In this document: positions 24,420 to 36,329 of the stretch, in pieces
Layout of the letters: each line of letters opens with the position of its first letter
How positions within the stretch are numbered: the first letter of the stretch is position 1
From: Lama glama
Taxonomy: Eukaryota
Direction: 5' to 3'
Assembly (NCBI GenBank): GCA_028534125.1
Contig: CM052832.1
Location: forward strand, 18,478,001 to 18,542,000
Length of the DNA stretch: 64,000 nucleotides
The notes under the pieces: generated by a model
What the model was told of the DNA's origin: nothing
What the model saw: the letters and a program-made list of their open reading frames with translations, nothing else
Database searches by the model: none
Translations under genes and position numbers: made by a program

Positions 24420-25420
24420 AAAACTTTCTATTGAAGTATAGTCAATTTAGAATGTTGTGTTAATCTCCAGTGTACAGCATAGTGACTCATGTATATTCTT
24501 TCCGTATTCTTTTTCATTATAGGCCATTACAGGGTATTGAATAGAGTTCCCTGTGCTATACAGTAGAACCTTGTTGTTTATCTATTTTATATATAATAGT
24601 TAGTATCTACAAATCCTGAACTCCCAATTTATCCCTCACCAGCCCCATAACCATAAGTTTGTTTTCCATGTCTGTGAGTCTGTCTGTGTTTTATAATCAA
24701 GTTCATTTGTGTCTTTGTTTTTAGATTCCTCATATAAGTGACATTATATGATATTTTTCTTTCATTAAATGATATTTTTCTTTCTCTTTCTGAGTTACTT
24801 CACTTAGTATGATGATCTCTAGGTCCATCCATCTTGCTGCAAATGGTATTATTTTATTCTTTTTATGGCTGAGTAGTATTCCATTGTATATATATACCAC
24901 AGCTTCTTTATCCAGTCATCTATTTTTTTTATAAATTAAAATCCGCAGTTTTTTTAAACATTTTTATTGATTTATAATCACTTTACAATGTTGTGTCAAA
25001 TTCCAGTGTTCAGCACAATTTTTCAGTCATACATGGACATATACACATGTATTGTCACATTTTTTTCTCTGTGAGCTACCATCAGATTTTGTGTATATTT
25101 CCCTGTGCTATACAGTATAATTTTGTTTATCTATTCTACAATTTTGAAATCCCAGTCTATCCCTTCCCACCCTCCGCCCCTCTATCCAGTCATCTATTGA
25201 TGGACATTTAGGTTGCTTCCATGTCTTGGCTATTGTAAATAGTGCTGCTGTGAACATTGGAGTGCATGTATCTTTTCAAATTAGAGTTCCCTTCGAATAC
25301 ATGCCTGGGAGTGGGATTGCTGGGTCATAGGGTAAGTCTATTTTCAGTTTTTGAAGGAATGTCTGTACTGTTTTCCATAATTGCTGCACCAAACTGCATT
25401 TCAACCAACAATGTAGGAGT
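24420..25420 (-). mobile_element. L1 3' region interrupted by a young L1 3' fragment (24925-25182)
   Basis: Poly-T followed by a reversed L1 3' UTR; 16-bp TSD tatccagtcatctatt at 24909-24924 and 25183-25198. Confidence 0.85.
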
Positions 25421-27399
25421 GTGTATACACGTACATACACATACGATACATAATATAAAACATACTTAACATATAATTACATATATATGGGGTTTTATTT
25501 TTGTATAGCCCTAGAGCTTGGAGGCTAGCCAGAGTGGAATTGTATCACCCTGGCAACCTCACTATCGGGGCATCCAGCCATAAATCTTTCTTGAGGCCTC
25601 CAAGCTTTCCTGGAATTCAGATGCTCCCTTGACAGCCATATGTTCTCAGAATTTTCCCTTATGTGGATTCCTATTCCCTTTGCCCAACCATCTGTTTAGC
25701 TGTGTGAGTGAATGCTTTTAAAATCTCCTGGGATTATGGTCTCCATGTATATGGTCACATCTGCTGGGACTGAGCACTCAGGTTTCCAAGACAAGGTGCA
25801 ACTGTTTGTCTGGAATAGAGATAATCAAAAACTGGAAGTACTTCTAATTATTTTACTCAAGTTATTATTTAAGTTTCTGCTTCTGTCAAAGCTGATATTC
25901 TGAGCACACTGTTAGTAAATACTGAGATTCTACCTCATGTTTAATAAGACTTGAAAGCAATTTGAAAATGGACAAATATCCTCCATATAATAAAGGAACC
26001 TTACTGGAACTACCATCCTAAAGGCAGACTCAGAGATGGAGGGCTCAAGAACTGAGTCCTGTGTTGGTCTAAAGGTCACAAGGATCAGCCAGAGGCAAAC
26101 ATTTAAGAACAGGGGAAGTTGTGGTAAACCGGAAATATGGAATGTTTTCATCCAATGGAATTCAGCCTCAAACTCAGGTGACAAGAGTTTTCTCTCTTTT
26201 CAGGGGCCAGCTGTTAAGTAGTGAAAGCATACAAGTAGAGAATAAAATAATCTTAATTTCTAGATCACCCTAGGATTGCTATATGCTTTTGCTTTTCTGT
26301 AAAATAATCATGGCATCATGTGCAAAGTTTCTCTGGATAGAATATCACTGTCAAACTTCAATTCATGAGATTCAAGCACACGGTTCTTATGGTGTCCCAG
26401 AAAACATCTTATGCAGAGTACACTTGAAAGAAGCCACTAGAAAGGAAGTTATAGAATATGAAATCAGAGTAGTTTGAAGAATCCTTCCAGTACGCAGGAA
26501 CCTGATCAACGGTAATAACACAGTAATAAAAATCAAGATGGTCCTTCATAAGCCAGAGGAGTGTAGTATTATGCAGATCAGATAGCACCAGTCCTTGTGA
26601 TTCTAGTAAGCTACAAGTACATATAAGGATCCTTGTCTCCTGCACCTGGTCCAGGAGCCACGGGTCAGTGGAATTGAATGACACTTATAATTTAATTGTG
26701 GTACTTGTGACAGAATGGAACCTCTCCTTATTGTTCTTTTCAGTGAGAACCACCACCTCTACAGGAAGTTGGAGGGCCTAATAAATCTCCTGATATTTTT
26801 ACAGAGCATCTTATGGTAGAATACAAAATTGGAATGAATATTGACCCCAGGAGCCAGACAGATTTCATACTTGATTATTTTTCAGCATAGAAACTGTCTC
26901 TTTGCTTCCTGAGGTGGAGTGGGGGGAACACTTCCTTGTAAATTGGCTATCTCTCTGGAATTCCTGAAACTGGGGTTTCAAATGATAGAAAATCCAGTAG
27001 GAAAAATTTTTCATGCTGGTGGCAAAATGAAAAACATGGACTCATCAGTAGATGATTGCACCAAATGCAGAAGCCCAGGGGGAAGATGTTTGATGGGTCT
27101 CCTTACCCTGAGTTTTGCTGGTGAATATTTCACAACTGGCTTTCCAGGGAAAAAGAATGCATGCACGCATACATTTAGGTTTATTATAAATTCTACCAAT
27201 ATGAAAGATTTGGGGCACACAATTTACAAATAATAAAATATACAATATGTTTATTATAAATTCCATATAGCCAGTTAATTCCCATGGAATACTGTCCTTT
27301 TTTATCAGGTTTGTGGGGGTTTGGGGTATAATTAAAAAAACAGAAATTCTACATATTTAAGGTTTACAATTTTCATTTATTTTTGTTAAACTCTTGTGT

Positions 27400-28370
27400 C
27401 TTTAGGCAACTTGGTTGAAATTCAACCATAGTTTGACGAATGGAATTGCATCCCAATCAGCCAACTCTTCCCAATATATTTATTATCATTAAATCTCATA
27501 GATGATCTGTGGTTGAACTATCTCTCACTCTCATACAAATTATATTCATTAACTGAAATCACTTTCAACTTCAGCACTATGAATTATAATAGTTCTTTTT
27601 TCTTTTTTAGTTTTTTATATAATTGCGGAGATTGGAACATTGATTCTACATTACTATCTACAAAATGCATAAGTTGTCCAAATTAACATCATGTTAGTAA
27701 AATTCACAATACCACTTCAGGGATACTAATATTTTTATATTATTTTTAATAACATATTTTAAGCTAAAATATTTACTCTGTTTTCCAGTCACATCTATAA
27801 CTTCAAGTGTAATTTTTTATTTCTTGCAGAATCCACTAAGCTGTTATAATTCTATCCCAACAATAGTGCCAAAAAATCAGACTATAAATAAATGTTTGAT
27901 TAATTTCCAATTAAGCAATGAAGTCACTCAACATCATGAATAACAAGTATAAATCCAACAATATTGTTTGATAAATTTCTTAAGTCCAGGAATTCAATAA
28001 ATCAATACAAAATTTGTGGCATTTATCATTTTGTGGGGTATAAAAACCCCTATCATGACCAATTTCAAGCTACCAACATGAAATCACTGAATTCAGAGTT
28101 AAGAAGAGATATACGCCTTTATTTGGTATTTCCACCATATACATGCAAGAGACATAAGTGATTTCAAGAACATAACTGACAGTAAAAGACATTGAAATAA
28201 TAATGAAGTAAGCTTTCAATAATTCTTACCTTTTAAAAGTATAATTTATTTAATTCTAAATTTGCATAATTTGATAATAGTGACTATTTTTAACAACCAA
28301 CTTGCAAAATTCCTAGAAGTTTTGAATCTGCTTTTGTGGGCCTATGTGAGTTGACTCCACAACCCCACTG
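27400..28370. mobile_element. MER63-like hAT-Blackjack DNA transposon relic
   Basis: atttcaagctaccaacatg...cactgaa and ttaacaaccaacttgcaaaattcct...ccactg terminus match recalled MER63; left boundary approximate. Confidence 0.6.
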
Positions 28371-29109
28371 CTTTATCCTATACTCTCCTCTGTGAAGGGG
28401 TCTGTTGGGGTTCTCTCTTGTTTTCCTGTCTCAATTCAGGTTCTGCTGTGCCTTCATCTGTTTATATAATTTTCACCTCTGATATAATGCAATATCCCTG
28501 AGGAATTCTGCCTGGTTGCCTTATTTCTCTTTTTAGGCCCTCCATACAGCCTTCTTCTACAAAAAGGTAACCACCCTCTCATCCAGAAATTACTAAATTT
28601 CTTGGATGAGACAACTCTCAGATGTCATGTAGCCCTCATCAAAGAGTACATGGAATGGAAAACTGAGAACTTGTTCCAACATTAATAGTTCAGGGCATGC
28701 AAAATATTAAGCCTCCATCCTTGGCTGCTAAAATGGGGTATATTTCAACATGTAGGCATTATTTCTGAACTTTGACCCAACTGCTAAGGGATGACATTTG
28801 ATCATCCAGTTTTACCTCCATTTTCCCTGCTGGATTATATATATCATTTCAGTTTTTCCTTTAAGAGATTTATAAATTTAATAAACTGATCACTAAACAT
28901 AATACAAAAATTGTAATTCTATACACAGCACCACACAAAAAGGCCCTTGGGTATTAAAGACCATAATATTGTATGTAGGAAAGATTTTTTTTTTAGTTCT
29001 CTTATAAGCAAAAAGGTCTAGATCTCCATGTTAGTTGTTTCTAGACCTCTGTAGACATATCATCAACTTGTGGCCAAAAATGATATGGGATTAGAATTGT
29101 ATCATCTTG

Positions 29110-29602
29110 TGATATATATATACACCATGGCATATTATTCAGCTGTGACTAAAAAGGATATCCTGCCATTTGCAACAACATAGATGGACATTGAGCACAT
29201 GATGCCAAGTGAGATAAGCCAGAGAAAGACAAATACAGTATAATATCACTTATATGTGGATATTTATAACCCCCATAAATGGGTTATAAAATAGATGTGG
29301 AATCATATATGTGGAATCATAAATCAAACATATTAAAAAAAACAGTAAAACAGTGGTTACCAGGGGATGGGGGATAAGATTGACAGTGTTTAAGAGTACA
29401 AATTTATAACAAGCACTAAAATAGCAATAAAGATTAACTGTACAGTTTATTGAACATAGGCAGTAATACTGTGCTATAAGTGTGTAATGTGATAAATATT
29501 ATTACAAGGGCAACCAGTTTACAATATATAAATGTATCAAAGTAACACAATGTACACCTTAAATTTTTACAGTGTTACATGTCAAAATTATCCAATAAAA
29601 AT
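29110..29602 (+). mobile_element. L1 3' UTR fragment
   Basis: ctgccatttgcaacaacatagatggac...tgtacaccttaaattt...caataaaa. Confidence 0.75.
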
Positions 29603-29857
29603 TGCATCATCTCATTATGCAAATTTGGCCCCTAATTATTGATGACGCATATATCAGCAGCACTCAGAGTGGGTCAGGTGGGAAGCAGTATGGGAGTCAT
29701 CATGGATGCAAGAAGCCAGGTTCTTAGGTGCAGGAGAGGATGCCAGAGGAGCAGAGCTGTAGTAGCTCCGACAACAACAGCAATAAACTAGACAGCAACC
29801 ACTGCTGGGCACCAGGCATGCGTGGTCTATCGAATCCTTACTAACACTTGATGGAGG

Positions 29858-29900
29858 TGCTGCTGCTGCTGCTGCTGCTGTTGCTGTTACTGTTATTATT
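29858..29900 (+). repeat. (TGC)7 microsatellite grading into TGT/TAT, inside a MIR relic
   Basis: tgctgctgctgctgctgctgctgttgctgttactgttattatt seen directly. Confidence 0.9.
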
Positions 29901-30265
29901 AGCAACAGATGGGAAACGGAGGCACACAAATTTGCTGCTGGTAGCACTTGACATGTTAGGTAAATCACGGGCCTGGATTTGAATTTAGAAATGCCTTGCT
30001 CCAAATCCAGTGCTCTTAAATTGGCACACAGCACTCTAGATCCTAAATAATGAACATTTCCAAACCCTAGGCACAGTACACCTGCTGTATTGAGCCAGGA
30101 GTGGGTAATGATCTTCCTTATACCACGTCCAGATGGAATGACCCAGCTCATGTTTGCCTGTTGCCGACTTTTAAATGTTTCAAGGGAGTCTCTTCTCGTG
30201 GCTGACACCTTGGATTACATATCGCTCTGATAGGTGAAAAATAGTCATCAGGAGAGAAGAACGCC

Positions 30266-30356
30266 ATGGCCACCATGACAGAGCTGAGTCCCACAGAAGA
30301 GAAGAGTAAATACTCCCAAGATACGCAAGTGGATGAGAAATTCAGTCCCAGGAAAG
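30266..30356 (+). CDS. SLC17A3: SLC17A3 (NPT4) first coding exon (exon starts at 30234)
   Basis: gatag acceptor at 30233, Kozak gccATGG, donor gtaaac; MATMTELSPTEEKSKYSQDTQVDEKFSPRK resembles human NPT4 MATKTELSPTARESKNAQDMQVDETLIPRK as recalled. Confidence 0.92.
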
Positions 30357-31189
30357 GTAAACTCAACCTCGACTACTTGGTTTTAGGATTTTATGGTGGA
30401 TTTTTACAATGTCTTAATACAAAGAAATGAATTTATATCTTTTAAATTGTTTAATTCTTTTTAAAAACCAAGTACTATTAATGTACATTTGCAAATACAT
30501 GAAGGAAACAAATATCACTATTCTAAAAAAGTATTTTATTTTTAATGATTACTATCTAATCTTAGTCCATATGCATTTACAGTCTTGATAATTGCTCCAA
30601 ATAATCTACATATGGTATTGTGTATTTTGCTTTCTACTGCGTGTAATATTGTGAACATAATTGAGTTTCTTAGTTAGGTCAAGTACAAAAAATTAATTAC
30701 AGAAACTTTGAAAAATCAAGACATGAAAAAAGATCTTAATAAGCTTAATTCATCCACTGTAATTTGTTTTTATTGCTTTCCTTTATATGGATATTTTATG
30801 TAGTTCTGTACTGTATATATGATGTATTTTAAAAATTGGGCCACACATTCTTTTCCATTTGCTTTATAATGCTCACAATCATGATTCTTAAAGGATACAT
30901 ATTATTATTCCAATATATCCAATAGGTAAAGTATTATTTATTTGAAAAATCCTCCTGTGGTTGACTATTTCAGTTGTGGAGTTATGTTTTTTTACCTACC
31001 TATCATTTAGATAGATTGGTTAATAGACAGATATAGATAGATAGATATAACACATATATATCATGATATCCTTTAGCATAACACCTGTCTACAGTTGGAA
31101 TTATTACTTCCTCAGGGCTTTTTCCTAAGAAAAATTAAAATTTGAAGCAATAGTTATAAGTATTTCATTTCCATCAGCCACTGTAGAGG

Positions 31190-31625
31190 CCTTAGTTTTT
31201 AATCTGAACAAAAGTGAGGCCACAGAGAATTTTGAGCAGAAAGGGGTAATCAAATTTATAGTATGTTTAGAGCATTCCAAATGCTGTGCTGAGAGTAGCT
31301 GGGAACAGAAAGTCAAGTTGAAAGCTATTGCAAAAACTCAGGGAAGAGATGTTCGTAGCTAGAACCACAAGGAAAAAGCTTTAAGCCAAAAGACAGCAGT
31401 GGCCCTGGCGAGAAGTGATTGAATTCTACATACGTTTCGAATGTAAAGACAACAGGATGTTCTATATAGATTGGATGCAGGCTGTGAAAGAAAGAAATCA
31501 GGATAAATTGCAAAGTATTTGGAAGGATGAAATTTATATCAGCTGAGTTGGGAAGGAATGTGGGTGGAGCAAGACTTGGAGAGGGAACCTAAAAGTTTAG
31601 TTTTAGATCTATTAAGTTTGATTTG
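31190..31625 (-). mobile_element. L2 LINE relic
   Basis: gagaattttgagcaga...gaaatcaggataa...aagtttagttttagatctattaagtttga, L2-like. Confidence 0.6.
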
Positions 31626-32059
31626 TTGATTAGTTGATCAATTGCTTTTTAGTGGAGCAAAAAATGATGCATCCTAAATCAATGACAACCGCAATTTGAC
31701 AAAATGCTGTATTATTTTATTATGTGTTGACTTTATTTTGATTTAAAACATGACATACAACTCCAACATTATTTTTCATATATTTTAACTCCTTACCTCA
31801 ACACCACTTATTATATAATTTTAACTTCCTTTTCAGCCACAACATCCTTTACTCACTGTATGATTTTTGTGGGTGTTTTTCTATTATTCCTTGAATTTTT
31901 TTTGCTTATTCTTTTTTCAATACAATGATGTCTTACCATTTTACCCTCATGACTGATTTCAATGCTTTGTAAAGCAAATATCTCTCAATGCTTGCCCTTC
32001 CCTCTGAAAAAAATTCTTGTAGTCTTAATACATTTAACTGATCCTTATTATTTTTAGCT

Positions 32060-32600
32060 AACTATATTCATTTTCTATTCCTGCAGACATATTACCACAA
32101 ACTTAGTGGCCTAAAATAACACACATTTATTATGTCATAGTCTCTGTGGGTCAGAGTTCCAGGAATGGCTTGGCTTAGCTGGTTCTTCTTCCCTGCGTTT
32201 CACAAGGCTGAAGTTGAGAAGTTGGCCAGGTTGCATTCTCATCTGGAGTCTAGACTGAGGAAGAACCCACTGTGTTGGGGGACCCGTGGCTAGTTATTAA
32301 ATTGTGAATAAGCAGATTATGACCTGCCGAAAGAGAGGCACAAGCCACCTACAGGGGATCGGCATGTAGCTCCCTCAGCATCCAAGTTCCCACTCTGAGG
32401 ACATGAAAACCCCAGAGTCATTTTGACTGAAGGCACACTTCCAATACACTCACACAAAGGAAGTAAAGTCACAAGATTTGTTACTTACAGGCTCCCAGAA
32501 AAGAGGGGAGGATTAGAGGGGTATCATGCAATGAGCCAGGGGAAGGGCAGTCCTCCATCCCAGGTCTCCAGTGAACAGGAGATGGGAAGCAGGGTAGTAA
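32060..32600 (-). mobile_element. MLT1-type LTR fragment abutting a second LTR-like segment from ~32271
   Basis: ttaccacaaacttagtggcctaaaataacacacatttatt...ctgtgggtcagag is MLT1-like; abrupt switch to tgttggggga. Confidence 0.55.
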
Positions 32601-33703
32601 ACAGCTGTTAATTCTCTATTTATTCTCATTTCCCAAATATCATGGTTTCGAGCATCATCTGTGGGTTATTAACTCCCAATGTTATACCTCAACTTCTACT
32701 TCTCTTCTAAACTCTAGAGGTGTCTGTATATCCAACAACATTCTCAACATCTTCTCTTGGCTGTTTAAAAGGCATTTTTGTCTTAACTGTCCAGTACTAA
32801 GCTCTTTATCACTCCACTGCCCCCAAACCTGCTCTTTTCCACGGAACTCCCTCAGCAAACAGCAGATCCATTCTTCTAGTTGTTTAGAACAAGGAAGCCT
32901 TCAATGCTACTCCCCTACCATCTGTAAAAATGAAATCAAGATTTAGTCACTCCCATACTGAGATCTGTCTGGGATCTTATCACATTTTCATTCTTTTACG
33001 TTCTGCTACCACCATAGTCCAAGATTCTTCACCTCTCTTCTGGATTATTGAAATATTTTTTTCCCGGCAATAACTATCACTCCTGGAAGTACAAAAACAT
33101 ATTATTTTAATTTTGTGCTCATTTCTTTTTCTGCTATTTTTTCACTGTATTTCTCCATAGTCTGTGGGTCTCAGTTTTTGTCTAATGAGAATCTTTATAG
33201 AGGTTTAATTTGAAAATTTAAGTGAAAGTTTACTCTCAATGACTAAAGACATACGAGAAGAGTAGTGAATCTACTCCTTTAATGTTTAAAATTTATATTA
33301 TATATGTATGTATAATATAATACATATGATATAAACTATGTAATTTAAAAATGTACATGTATACATATTTTTACTTATATGTATATATTTACTCTTAATA
33401 TAGATGTTCTGTATCTCTATATCTTCATGTAAATCTAAGAAATTTCATCAACAATAGAATGTAATAACCTAGGATTGGAAGAGACAAAATTGCAAGAACA
33501 GAGCAAGTCAGGGTCTATAAAGCTGTGGTATAAAACACTCTTTGATTCAACTCAGTGATTTCCACCTTTTGTGATCTTTTGTTCCCAAACCCAACAGAAG
33601 TGCCATTTAAATCATCAGGTGGTACCTCTCAGTATTATAACTTGCAAAAAGTAAATGACGGTTCAATAAGGTAGGCACTAATACAATGTCATAATATTTC
33701 CAG

Positions 33704-33915
33704 TTCCAACCTTATGTTCCACTCGCTATGGAATAGCCTTCATCGTACACCTCTGCAATTTCGTTATAGCGGCACAAGGTATTATCATGAACATCACCAT
33801 GGTAGCCATGGTCAACAGCACAAGCCATCAGTCCCAGTTTAATGGCTCCACTGAGGGGCTGCTTTTTGATTCATCTGGTGATCCCCAAAATTCCCCAAAG
33901 AGTCCTCCTGCATGG
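33704..33915 (+). CDS. SLC17A3: SLC17A3 second coding exon, 212 bp; downstream exons not present in the window
   Basis: ttccag acceptor, gtaagc donor; (V)PTLCSTRYGIAFIVHLCNFVIAAQGIIMNITMVAMVNSTSHQSQFNGSTEGLLFDSSGDPQNSPKSPPAW, open frame. Confidence 0.92.
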
Positions 33916-33966
33916 GTAAGCAATTCAAGGTTTAAGTTGTGTTCTTGTTTTTGCCATTTGTTGTTT

Positions 33967-34466
33967 NNNNNNNNNNNNNNNNNNNNNNNNNNNNNNNNNN
34001 NNNNNNNNNNNNNNNNNNNNNNNNNNNNNNNNNNNNNNNNNNNNNNNNNNNNNNNNNNNNNNNNNNNNNNNNNNNNNNNNNNNNNNNNNNNNNNNNNNNN
34101 NNNNNNNNNNNNNNNNNNNNNNNNNNNNNNNNNNNNNNNNNNNNNNNNNNNNNNNNNNNNNNNNNNNNNNNNNNNNNNNNNNNNNNNNNNNNNNNNNNNN
34201 NNNNNNNNNNNNNNNNNNNNNNNNNNNNNNNNNNNNNNNNNNNNNNNNNNNNNNNNNNNNNNNNNNNNNNNNNNNNNNNNNNNNNNNNNNNNNNNNNNNN
34301 NNNNNNNNNNNNNNNNNNNNNNNNNNNNNNNNNNNNNNNNNNNNNNNNNNNNNNNNNNNNNNNNNNNNNNNNNNNNNNNNNNNNNNNNNNNNNNNNNNNN
34401 NNNNNNNNNNNNNNNNNNNNNNNNNNNNNNNNNNNNNNNNNNNNNNNNNNNNNNNNNNNNNNNNNN
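33967..34466. other. Assembly gap, exactly 500 N (placeholder; true size unknown)
   Basis: Run of N seen directly; a round length suggests a scaffolding join. Confidence 0.98.
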
Positions 34467-34778
34467 AAAACAAAACAAAACCATAAGTACAAAACAGAAA
34501 CAGACTCATAGACATAGAATACAAACTTGTGGTTGCCAAGGGGGCAGGGGGTGGGAAGGGAGAGACTGGGATTTCAAAATGTAGAATAGATAAATAAGAT
34601 TATACTGTATAGCAAGGGAAATATATATAAGATCTTATGGTAGCTCACAGAGAAAAAAATGTGACAATGAATATATATATGTTCATGTATAACTGAAAAA
34701 TTGTGCTCTACACTGGAATTTGACACAATATTGTAAAATGATTATAAATCAATAAAAAATTTTAAAAAAATAAATAAA
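34467..34778 (+). mobile_element. Young lineage-specific L1 3' end, truncated by the gap
   Basis: Highly similar to 16700-16990 and, reversed, to 24950-25180; ends tcaataaaaa plus A-rich tail. Confidence 0.88.
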
Positions 34779-34799
34779 ATTTTCAAACACATAAGACTA

Positions 34800-35788
34800 T
34801 ATGAATACATTTCTAGTGCCCCGTCTCCCTCCACCAGAAGTTTGGAAATAGCCCATGCAAACGACAGGTTCTTAATCTTGTCACTGAGAGTACTAAACGG
34901 ATATGACTGACATGCCGAAGGCCCTGACATCCCAAGGCTGCGCCATGCTTCTCTGAGTCTTCAAAGTAAGCATCTAATGAATAATCTGGTGAACTGAATT
35001 GAAGCACCAGTGCGCGGTCAGGCCACCCAAGATGGCTGTTCTCTTGCTCCCTGAATATCCCCTGCTCAACCAGCGCCTGCTCCACCTACACCCTCCTCAC
35101 ATGAACGTGCTTTCCACCTGCCCCTTAGGCCAAAATGGCTCCACCTGCTAGTTTATTCAAAGGAAACAGCTGTCCTTGTGATGTTGTTAACCTGATAGGC
35201 TGAGAAGGGCGTGCCCCAGCGCCTGGTTTCCATGGTAGTTGATAAGCCAACGTGACGTCAGTTCCCCTTTTAAATTGTAGGCTCCTCCCCCTCCGGTAGC
35301 AAAGACCGCTGCCGTGTCTTGCCCGCCGTCTGCCGCACATGGTTGGGTGTCGCTCCGGGACCTTGTTTAAGACGTGTAAGATCCCCTGTCCAATAAGCCA
35401 CTGATGTCTCTGTCGCTGACTCCCAGCTCTTAACTTCCGTCTTGAGGCTGGGCAACTACAAGGCTTGCAAGAACTGCACGGTGCAGCCCAACAAACGGTG
35501 AGTTAAGCAGGAGGGCGAGCGAACTCCCGTGAATGCTGAGATGTTGGGAAACATCTCCTGTAGCTGGTAACCTCCCCATCCACCCCTCCCCCACAGCAAA
35601 TACTGCCACCATGTCCTGCCCACCTTCTGCCATACATGGTGGGGTGTCATTACAGGACCGCACTTCAAACATGTAAGGTTCCCCCATCCATTAAATCATT
35701 AATGTCCCTATTGCTGACTCCAGGCTGTTTCTTAGGTCTCAAGGATGGCAAGTGCAGGGCTTGTAGACCTGCGGGGAGCAGCCCCACA
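34800..35788 (+). mobile_element. Two tandem related ERV1-type LTR segments
   Basis: 35283-35493 aligns by eye with 35583-35788; they end gcagcccaaca and gcagccccaca; left boundary approximate. Confidence 0.65.
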
Positions 35789-36329
35789 ATCAGTGTCTTC
35801 CAAATGTCCCTTTCCAATTCACTGCCTGCACTACCTTGTCCACTACATCTTAAAGAAGTTTTGGTAAAATTACTCCCTTAGTTTTTACCCGCAGGCTCTA
35901 CTCCCCTCATGAAGTCCTAGGGGCTGAACCATACTTTCACTCTCCCAATTATTACTTCTCTTCTTCATTTACTCTGCCATTGTTACTGAGTCAGCAATAC
36001 TGAAATTGTGTGCCCACCTCCCATCATCCCCTTGAGTAAGTTTTTTTTTTTTTTGCAGATTTTCCTCATTTTTTGGGTGTCTTTAGTCACTTACGAAGAG
36101 GTTCCTGGCGAGAACTAACTCCATTGGATTCCTCCATAAACCAGGCATATACAGATTTTACTGAATATTTTCAATAAAAACAGCTTAGGTTCATTCTAAG
36201 ACAATCCCTCCCTTAGCTATATGTGTGGTAAAAAAAATGTTGAGATTCTTTCCCATCAAAAATAAAAAATCTTCAATTAGTCAGTAATTGCAGTACATAC
36301 CTTAGTTCTCTACCAGAACTGCATACCAG

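Noticed and set aside
29654..30208. 184-aa minus-strand ORF with poly-Ala
   Set aside because: Runs through a MIR relic and the CTG microsatellite, resembles no protein family I recognise, and is antisense to an SLC17A3 intron
33787..34584. Long ORFs of 186-265 aa in five frames
   Set aside because: Artefacts of translating through the 500-N gap; only the part up to 33915 is a real SLC17A3 exon
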